Of a stretch of DNA of 64,000 bases, positions 57,933-64,000 are shown one piece after another. Location of the stretch: the IMG/VR virus record IMGVR_UViG_3300018080_000160; one strand, given 5' to 3'. The notes under the pieces are model-generated. The model did not search any database, had not been told where the DNA came from, and saw only the letters and a program-made list of their open reading frames with translations. The translations under genes were made by a program, and so were the position numbers. The stretch's first letter is position 1; the number at the start of each line of letters is the position of its first letter. This DNA comes from an uncultured virus (IMG/VR IMGVR_UViG_3300018080_000160) (lineage: Duplodnaviria > Heunggongvirae > Uroviricota > Caudoviricetes).

Positions 57933-58719
57933 CCTCCTGCTCGTCGGGGTGCGTCTGCCACTCTTCAGCCTCGTAATCCGAATCTTTTCCTCGGATATAC
58001 TCGTAAATCTTTTTCGCAATCTTGTACGGTTTTTTCTTGAATCGTTCAAGATTCACAGCATTCACGTCTAACCCGGAAATGATGAGAGATAATGCAGGAA
58101 TGGTTAACGAACAAATTTCATAGACTGTAAGCCCGCTATCAGCAATCTTATTGGCGATAACAGGCCCGACATCTGGGATTGAGCGTACCATCGTAGCTGT
58201 AGGGTTTCCCTTCACTGGCTTTACCGTTTTCGTGAGATCGACTTTAATAGACTCGATAGAGGATGCTCCATACATTATCGTGCGAATAACCCACCAGAAG
58301 AAATCGTGGAGATTTGGAAATCCACACACGACTGGAATCCCAGCCGCGAAATACTTGCTCATAACAGTGAGAATAGCAAGCCTCTTCTGGTCATCAACAG
58401 ATGTCATATCCCCGTGAACTGCGACAACAGGAATCTTTTTGTTGTCACGAGCTTTTACTAATTTTACTAACTGGCTCCGGTAACGCGGGACATTCGTACT
58501 ATCTCGATCTACGATAGATGCAAAGAAATCGTCCCATGTTTTTCGCTCGATAACCACGCCATTACCCTCGAAGTCTCCTGCTTCCAATTTCAGTTTTCTG
58601 ATGTCCAGATTAATCGGATCTCTCTTCTGAACCCCATTATTCATGTGCCGGATAACATCCTCCAGCGCACTGATTACGTGCTTGGGTTCGCGGGTATCAA
58701 CAATTATACTCAAATCCAC
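57919..58719 (-). CDS. ERCC4/XPF/Mus81-family nuclease with HhH motif
   Basis: IIVDTRE; GDF; IERKTWDDFFASI; SIPDVGPVIA. Confidence 0.93.
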   Translation of the reverse strand: MDLSIIVDTREPKHVISALEDVIRHMNNGVQKRDPINLDIRKLKLEAGDFEGNGVVIERKTWDDFFASIVDRDSTNVPRYRSQLVKLVKARDNKKIPVVAVHGDMTSVDDQKRLAILTVMSKYFAAGIPVVCGFPNLHDFFWWVIRTIMYGASSIESIKVDLTKTVKPVKGNPTATMVRSIPDVGPVIANKIADSGLTVYEICSLTIPALSLIISGLDVNAVNLERFKKKPYKIAKKIYEYIRGKDSDYEAEEWQTHPDEQEDEED

Positions 58720-58731
58720 TTGGGATTCTCC

Positions 58732-59106
58732 TCACTTCATTTTATCTGGCGATTTGAATATGTTCATGCGGTTTGGGCACGATTGACACAGCCTCTCGAA
58801 TTGCTGCATCGAGAATTTGCAGTTCTCAATATCCCGTTTGCCTTTACACGGGAGATGTTCGTTTGCATCTACCTTCTTCTGCTTTGGGATGTTAGATACG
58901 CTGAAAGTGCTTACATCGGAGAAATTGACAAAGATTTCCCCTCCCCCGGACTTCCCCTGATCTATATACAGGAAGTATTGCTTGTCAATAATTGGAGCTT
59001 TCACTAATTTCCCCGAAATTACATCCCCTGCCTTTGTCTTGACTGAGATTTTCGCGCCAAGCAAAGCAGCAAGCCTTTTTATCTGTAACAATTCGTCTTT
59101 TGCCAT
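58732..59106 (-). CDS. Sm/Lsm-like fold protein with C-terminal Cys4 cluster
   Basis: GAKISVKTKAGDVISGKL (Sm1-like), GEIFVNFSDVSTF (Sm2-like); C-x7-C-x9-CxxC. Confidence 0.5.
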   Translation of the reverse strand: MAKDELLQIKRLAALLGAKISVKTKAGDVISGKLVKAPIIDKQYFLYIDQGKSGGGEIFVNFSDVSTFSVSNIPKQKKVDANEHLPCKGKRDIENCKFSMQQFERLCQSCPNRMNIFKSPDKMK

Positions 59107-59182
59107 TTTTTTGACCTCATATAGAATAAAAAAAGTGGTCTATAGCTCCTATGTGAGCGAGCTATATTTAAGTTTAGCCTAC

Positions 59183-60145
59183 TTACCTCGCGCTGCTCTT
59201 CTTCTTGGCGGTTCGAGTTCGTTTATTCAACTGCGATGCAATCCACATCACTGCAATCTTTGGATGCGCTCCAACCGCGATTCGGTAATCTGCCTCTGCG
59301 ATAAGAGCGATTAGATTACGCTTAGCAGATTCGCTAATCTTACTTTCGATTGTGTAGTCGAGCAACTCGGTCAAGAACTGTCTCTCGCTGACGGAGAGTT
59401 TTTCGACCACATCTACAACGAACGAACCAGTTTGGGTGATACTGCTATTGATAGCAATCTTTACGAATTTAGAACACGCTTTTCGAACGCCGCTGCCAAA
59501 CACAGAGATGTCACCTCCCTTTTCGTACACGCCAAGCATCTTAATCGCGTGGCGCATCTGACCGTTGGAAGATTTGACGATCTCGTTCAAATCATTGTCA
59601 TCGTACTCGACTTTTTCTCGTTTGGCCACCTCCTTCAAGCGTTCAATTATCGCGTCGTCCTCGATGGGTCGAAATCTGGCAATGAAGCAACGGTCAAGTA
59701 TAGCTGGGTGAATCTTTGATTCGTCATTTGCAGTGAATAGACAAAGGACATTCCGCGATCTGGTTTCTAAATCTCGACGAAATCCTTGCTGTGCTGCCGT
59801 ACTCATATTATCGATCTCCTCACCCACGAAAATCTTACGCCTACCACTCGTAAAGCAAGCAGTAGACATAAATTTCGTAAACGGGCCACGGAGATTGTCT
59901 ATTCTACCGTCTTTGGAAGCATTCACTTCCATAAAATCGCGCTCGCCAACGGAAAACGATTTGCGTATCACGTTAATACAGCTCGTCTTGCCCGTACCCG
60001 GCGGCCCTACAAATAGAACATGAGGCATCTTCTCTCTCGGGTCGTTTTTCTCCTTTTCGACTAATACCCTCAATCTTTTCAAGACTTTCTCGTTCCCTTT
60101 CAAGTCTTTCCACGAACGGGGCCTGTATCTAACTTCAAGACTCAT
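59183..60145 (-). CDS. rfcS: clamp loader (RFC) small subunit
   Basis: RYRP; PHVLFVGPPGTGKT; EVNAS; EEIDNMS..AQ; DRC (SRC motif variant). Confidence 0.93.
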   Translation of the reverse strand: MSLEVRYRPRSWKDLKGNEKVLKRLRVLVEKEKNDPREKMPHVLFVGPPGTGKTSCINVIRKSFSVGERDFMEVNASKDGRIDNLRGPFTKFMSTACFTSGRRKIFVGEEIDNMSTAAQQGFRRDLETRSRNVLCLFTANDESKIHPAILDRCFIARFRPIEDDAIIERLKEVAKREKVEYDDNDLNEIVKSSNGQMRHAIKMLGVYEKGGDISVFGSGVRKACSKFVKIAINSSITQTGSFVVDVVEKLSVSERQFLTELLDYTIESKISESAKRNLIALIAEADYRIAVGAHPKIAVMWIASQLNKRTRTAKKKSSAR

Positions 60146-60678
60146 TTTTGTTTCTCCTTTTTTTCTGATATTTCTGCTAAGTAACGCATCTTTTCGTCGA
60201 TAAGCACTTCCAAATCTTTAAATTGGGAGAGCTTCTCGTCAACTTCTATTTTTACATCAATTAATACATTCAAAAGTCTATCAATGTCTATTAACTCTAT
60301 CTTTTTAGTAATAACAGCAACATTTGCATCACAAGGCAGCCCAGATTCGATAGTTTTTACCATACTTTCGATTTTGTTAACTCCAGTCTGCGAACGAAAC
60401 CACTCGTGCGGAATCTGCAAGATTAGGAGCTGCTTCTTTATTTGACTTCTCGCAAGAAAAATCTGGTCAAGAGTAAAATGATTTTTACAGTTATGACAAA
60501 GGTATTGGGGAGATAGAGGAACAGTAGGTTGTGCAACACTCTTCTGTGCTATCTTAATTGTGCTTGAACTCCCACATAAGGGACATTCAGGCGATTTTGG
60601 TGGTTGGAACTTGTGATTACAGTTCGGACACACGAATATCTGAGATACTGGGTCGAAATGGGCTAAGCCGCTACACAT
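60142..60678 (-). CDS. multi-Zn-ribbon protein
   Basis: CPNC, CPLC, CHNC. Confidence 0.7.
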   Translation of the reverse strand: MCSGLAHFDPVSQIFVCPNCNHKFQPPKSPECPLCGSSSTIKIAQKSVAQPTVPLSPQYLCHNCKNHFTLDQIFLARSQIKKQLLILQIPHEWFRSQTGVNKIESMVKTIESGLPCDANVAVITKKIELIDIDRLLNVLIDVKIEVDEKLSQFKDLEVLIDEKMRYLAEISEKKEKQK

Positions 60679-60689
60679 TGGACATAAAT

Positions 60690-61820
60690 CTACTTTGTTC
60701 GAAATATGTCAAACCCCCCGCGTTTTTTGCTGCGTTTTTTCGATGTTCGTTTTTTAGGTTTTCTGCGCTTGGCGGTTTTCTTTTTCACGGTTGCTTTCTT
60801 GTCTTTTAGATTCCATTTCCGTCGCGTTGTAGTATCTGGGGTGACAATGTGAATCTTTTGAGGGATTATACTGAATGCAACTGTGGCCATTATCATTTTC
60901 TTTTTTGCAACATAAACGAACATCGAGATTTTATCGACCACTTCGCGGTTATGTGCGTTAAGATTCTGTTCGGCGAGGTATATAACCAAAGTGGTTAGAT
61001 TGATTTTCTGCTCTTTCAGAATTGCGTACACTCTCTGTCTGTCTGTGTTTATCAATACTTGCCCTACAATGTCTTTCACGCGCATCTGCTTGACTTCGTT
61101 CCTACTCGTGGCTCCATACTTCAAGATTTGGATTCCTTTGTAAAGTGGGTACATCTTAGCCGCTTTTTTGATAATCTTAACTGAAAGATTCGGGAAAAGA
61201 TGTGTTAGAACAGCGGTACGAGTCGTCTCATTAGCCTCCTTAAACTCTATCACCTCTGCATTCAAGGAGATTTCTTTTTTACGGAGTTTGTAGGTTCTTT
61301 TCAACATCTTCGGAGCTATCCGCGTGATAATAATACATGGAACGCGACAAGCATCCATCAACTCATTCAACTGCAGCATTGTTTGTTTATTGAACTTATC
61401 GAGCGAATCTACCACGACAATCTTTGGTTTGCCAATGAGGGTTGAATACCCAACTTCCTGAAAGAGTTCTTTAATTTTCTTTCGTGCCAAATCAACAAAC
61501 ACAAGTTCATGCGTGTTTTTGAATTTCTCGTTCACAAAATAAGATTTCCCAGTTCCTTGCGGCCCGGAAAGGATAACTAAACGGTTTTGGTACACCGCAC
61601 GAATAATTCTCGCTCTCTGCTCGGAGTTACCTAAATAAAATATGCTTTCGTCCGCGTAAATCTGATCTTCTATTGAATCTCGCAAGAACGGGTAATACTT
61701 GTAGAGTATTGGGATTATATCTACGCTTTCTCCCGTTTTTTCGAGAGTTTCGAACAAGTCGAATTGGTTTGCTTTCAAGTGTTTGAAAAACATTTTTAAT
61801 TTCATTACCAGTCCTCCCAT
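60690..61820 (-). CDS. divergent clamp loader large subunit-like AAA+ protein
   Basis: VILSGPQGTGKS; KIVVVDSLD; PCIII; basic tail ending GFDIF (possible PIP-like); near rfcS. Confidence 0.65.
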   Translation of the reverse strand: MGGLVMKLKMFFKHLKANQFDLFETLEKTGESVDIIPILYKYYPFLRDSIEDQIYADESIFYLGNSEQRARIIRAVYQNRLVILSGPQGTGKSYFVNEKFKNTHELVFVDLARKKIKELFQEVGYSTLIGKPKIVVVDSLDKFNKQTMLQLNELMDACRVPCIIITRIAPKMLKRTYKLRKKEISLNAEVIEFKEANETTRTAVLTHLFPNLSVKIIKKAAKMYPLYKGIQILKYGATSRNEVKQMRVKDIVGQVLINTDRQRVYAILKEQKINLTTLVIYLAEQNLNAHNREVVDKISMFVYVAKKKMIMATVAFSIIPQKIHIVTPDTTTRRKWNLKDKKATVKKKTAKRRKPKKRTSKKRSKKRGGFDIFRTK

Positions 61821-62287
61821 AGTCGTTCTAACAATTTCTCTTTTGATTTTTGCTTTCTGGTGAATTCTGCTATCTGTTGTTGAACCACCGAGTCTAAATA
61901 TGTCCTTACTGGGTCTGATATTGTATCGAATGCAAGCGTCCCCTCCACTTCATCTGTCGTGTAAAGCCCGACCCTACTCACAATCATCATATCATCAATT
62001 ATAGTAGATTTACCGTCCTTTTCGAGGCGTAATGTTAATGGGTCGCGGTTCATTATGTTTCTACACAACAGAACTTCTTGTAAATCGTCTACTTCTACTA
62101 TAATTCTATATCGAGGTGATCCTTCTGTTTTGAAATACTGTTTGCGTTCACCATTAGGTTCCATAATAACAACAGGAACATGCTGCGTCTCAGTCACCAC
62201 TGTCATACTGCGTACAGAAACGGATATTTCCTCTCCTCTATCTTTAAAATCTACAAACAAATTACTTTCTGTGCCAGTGTTTGTCAA
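61805..62287 (-). CDS. hypothetical protein
   Basis: 160-aa ORF in operon. Confidence 0.6.
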   Translation of the reverse strand: MTNTGTESNLFVDFKDRGEEISVSVRSMTVVTETQHVPVVIMEPNGERKQYFKTEGSPRYRIIVEVDDLQEVLLCRNIMNRDPLTLRLEKDGKSTIIDDMMIVSRVGLYTTDEVEGTLAFDTISDPVRTYLDSVVQQQIAEFTRKQKSKEKLLERLWEDW

Positions 62288-62705
62288 AGGAATCCTCCCA
62301 AATTAGATTTAAATCAAAATTGTCATCACGACAAAGACTATGGAAGAGCTGTTCGCTTTTACAAAAGATTTTGGTTGTATAGCAGCTATACGCTTTTTCT
62401 TGCAGTATGGTAGCAAAATTTAACACCACCACGTCGCTCGCGTACATTGCAGAGATAACCCACATATCCTCCTTCTTCCACGCATTTGCTATGCAGATTT
62501 TCGATTTATTGTGCTTGTTTTCATTGAACAAGTTTGCTGTGAATGCGTTGCGAATCCGAACTACAGCAAAGAAAGTGTAGAACGGTTTCCGTCCGTCCCA
62601 ATCTTCGTATTCCTTTATACGTGCATTGAAAATCTTTAGATCGGAAATTGGGACGTGGGTAGTTTGCATCACGAAGGTGAGCCGGAATTGCTGCATGTTT
62701 ATCAT
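62262..62705 (-). CDS. hypothetical protein
   Basis: 147-aa ORF beginning beside the motif cluster. Confidence 0.6.
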   Translation of the reverse strand: MINMQQFRLTFVMQTTHVPISDLKIFNARIKEYEDWDGRKPFYTFFAVVRIRNAFTANLFNENKHNKSKICIANAWKKEDMWVISAMYASDVVVLNFATILQEKAYSCYTTKIFCKSEQLFHSLCRDDNFDLNLIWEDSFDKHWHRK

Positions 62706-62707
62706 AA

Positions 62708-62752
62708 TGTGTCACAACCGTGTGTCACATTTGTGACACAAAAGGTTTTAAT
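62708..62752. promoter_or_regulatory. TGTGACACA cluster 6 with BRE/TATA-like element
   Basis: TGTGTCACA at 62708; inverted repeat TGTGTCACA-TT-TGTGACACA at 62721-62740; then AAAGG-TTTTAAT. Confidence 0.75.
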
Positions 62753-62791
62753 GCTCAACAACTATCTACTGTATTAGCACACAACAATTTA

Positions 62792-63037
62792 ATGTTTGAG
62801 GTGTTGAAACTGCCAAAAAAGAATTTTGAGATCAATCTCGAAAACTTCCCGAATCACTTGCTGCGGATGCGTGGACACGCGAGGCGGAAGATGCCTTCGG
62901 TTCCAGTTCCGTATATGTCGCTAACGGAGCATCTGGACGGGAAAACGACGGATCTTCCAGAGATTCCGATCTACATAAAGAAGCACGAAGGTCAGACTCT
63001 TATGATTGCAGTGCTTCCAAGCGAAGAAGAGGTATGA
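62792..63037 (+). CDS. small hypothetical protein
   Basis: Likely start near 62792; the extension to 62720 lies in the motif cluster. Confidence 0.55.
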   Translation: MFEVLKLPKKNFEINLENFPNHLLRMRGHARRKMPSVPVPYMSLTEHLDGKTTDLPEIPIYIKKHEGQTLMIAVLPSEEEV

Positions 63038-63040
63038 TAA

Positions 63041-64000
63041 ATGCCGCCGAAAAAGAAAACAAGCAAAAAGCCCGCCAAGAAAAAGGCGAAGAAGACTGCT
63101 AAGCGTAAAGCAACGAAGAAACCTTCTAAATCTAAATCAAACGGGAGTGATATGGTTATTGACATATCCTTCCTTGAGGAGGGTGACTGGGCAAAGGTTA
63201 ATATGAGCCAGTCCGAGCTTGTTGCTGAACTGGAGCAGGTATGGGAGGCTGAGAGTATTTTGCGTCCGCAAGTTAAGAAAAACAACCCGAAGCTCTTTGA
63301 GCGAAAGGTTCTGTCCACTTTTGAGGGCAGAATGCGGCGGAAGCTCGCATCTACAGCACAAGCAGGTAACGAATCTTGTTACATCTTCGGGATGTCGATG
63401 CCATTCGACCCATACGCTGCGATGGCTGGCAAGTGTATGAACGAGTACCAGAAAGATCCGACTGGTGCGATGAATAAGTTCGTGAAAACTCGCAAAAACA
63501 AACGCGGAAAACGAGAGGTTTACCCAATCTTCTACCCGACCTACGCAAAAGACACACGAGACCGAATCGGTAAGGAAATCAAAGGTACATCGTGGATGAC
63601 TTCAATCGTCGGTGTTTGGGGGCCACAAGATGCGAAAAAGACTAAACCGTTCGTTACAATCGCTGGAGGCAGCTTCGGAGACGAGCATGTAAGTCTAAAG
63701 TGCCCCAACTGCGGAAACGAGTCAGTTTTCAAGATTTGCCCCGATTGTGGAACAAAAAAAGCGTTTGTCCTCCCGGAGATTATGAAAAGGATGTTCCATC
63801 CCTGTTCGTTTGACATGCGCGTAAAGGTAGATGACCAAGGCAACGAAACAATCGCATGGACGAAGCAAACCGTCCCGAAACTTAAAGATAACCCCACGGA
63901 AAAACAGATGGACATCTGGGGGTTGCTTGAAGGGAACAAGGTTCTGCGCGGACACAGAATAACTACCAAGTCAGTGCTTAGCACCTACAAGAAATACAAG
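63041..64000 (+). CDS. partial protein with Lys-rich N-terminus and Zn ribbon (runs off the window)
   Basis: MPPKKKTSKKPAKKKAKK...; CPNC..CPDC; frame read as open to the window end; GAGG SD. Confidence 0.75.
   Translation, partial: MPPKKKTSKKPAKKKAKKTAKRKATKKPSKSKSNGSDMVIDISFLEEGDWAKVNMSQSELVAELEQVWEAESILRPQVKKNNPKLFERKVLSTFEGRMRRKLASTAQAGNESCYIFGMSMPFDPYAAMAGKCMNEYQKDPTGAMNKFVKTRKNKRGKREVYPIFYPTYAKDTRDRIGKEIKGTSWMTSIVGVWGPQDAKKTKPFVTIAGGSFGDEHVSLKCPNCGNESVFKICPDCGTKKAFVLPEIMKRMFHPCSFDMRVKVDDQGNETIAWTKQTVPKLKDNPTEKQMDIWGLLEGNKVLRGHRITTKSVLSTYKKYK

Overview
The window is most of the genome of a tailed, contractile-tail (myovirus-type) virus with archaeal signatures: TATA-like promoters, GGTGA/GGAG ribosome-binding sites, U-tract terminators, RFC clamp-loader subunits and an ERCC4/XPF nuclease. 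The host lineage cannot be determined from this sequence alone. Layout: about 0.1-46.9 kb is a mostly minus-strand morphogenesis module (putative TerS, TerL, portal, MuF-like protein, basic head-module proteins, prohead protease/scaffold, capsid, tRNA-Ile, glycosyltransferase, neck, sheath, tube, chaperone, tape measure, baseplate, fibre, membrane proteins), interrupted by two plus-strand islands. About 47-57.4 kb is a distinct accessory region: an origin-like palindrome, a co-directional array of small genes plus a MoxR-AAA/vWA pair, and a palindrome/repeat-rich non-coding stretch. About 57.4-64 kb holds replication/repair genes. The most unusual signals are non-coding. (1) Every long spacer of the 48-56 kb array is structured: U-tracts, T-arm-like hairpins, covarying AACCA-loop hairpins, a tRNA-like cloverleaf and a tRNA minihelix. 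(2) A ~300-nt GC-rich structured RNA candidate at 45.55-45.87 kb has its own promoter and terminator. (3) Six clusters of a TGTGACACA motif sit at promoter regions, one beside a ribbon-helix-helix-like gene. (4) A 16-bp repeat family occurs at 56.9-57.4 kb and 61.3 kb. (5) A chain of micro-ORFs is joined by a conserved GGAGGCGGC-N-CGGGAATGA junction. All protein calls come from motif recognition and synteny by eye; no database search was run.
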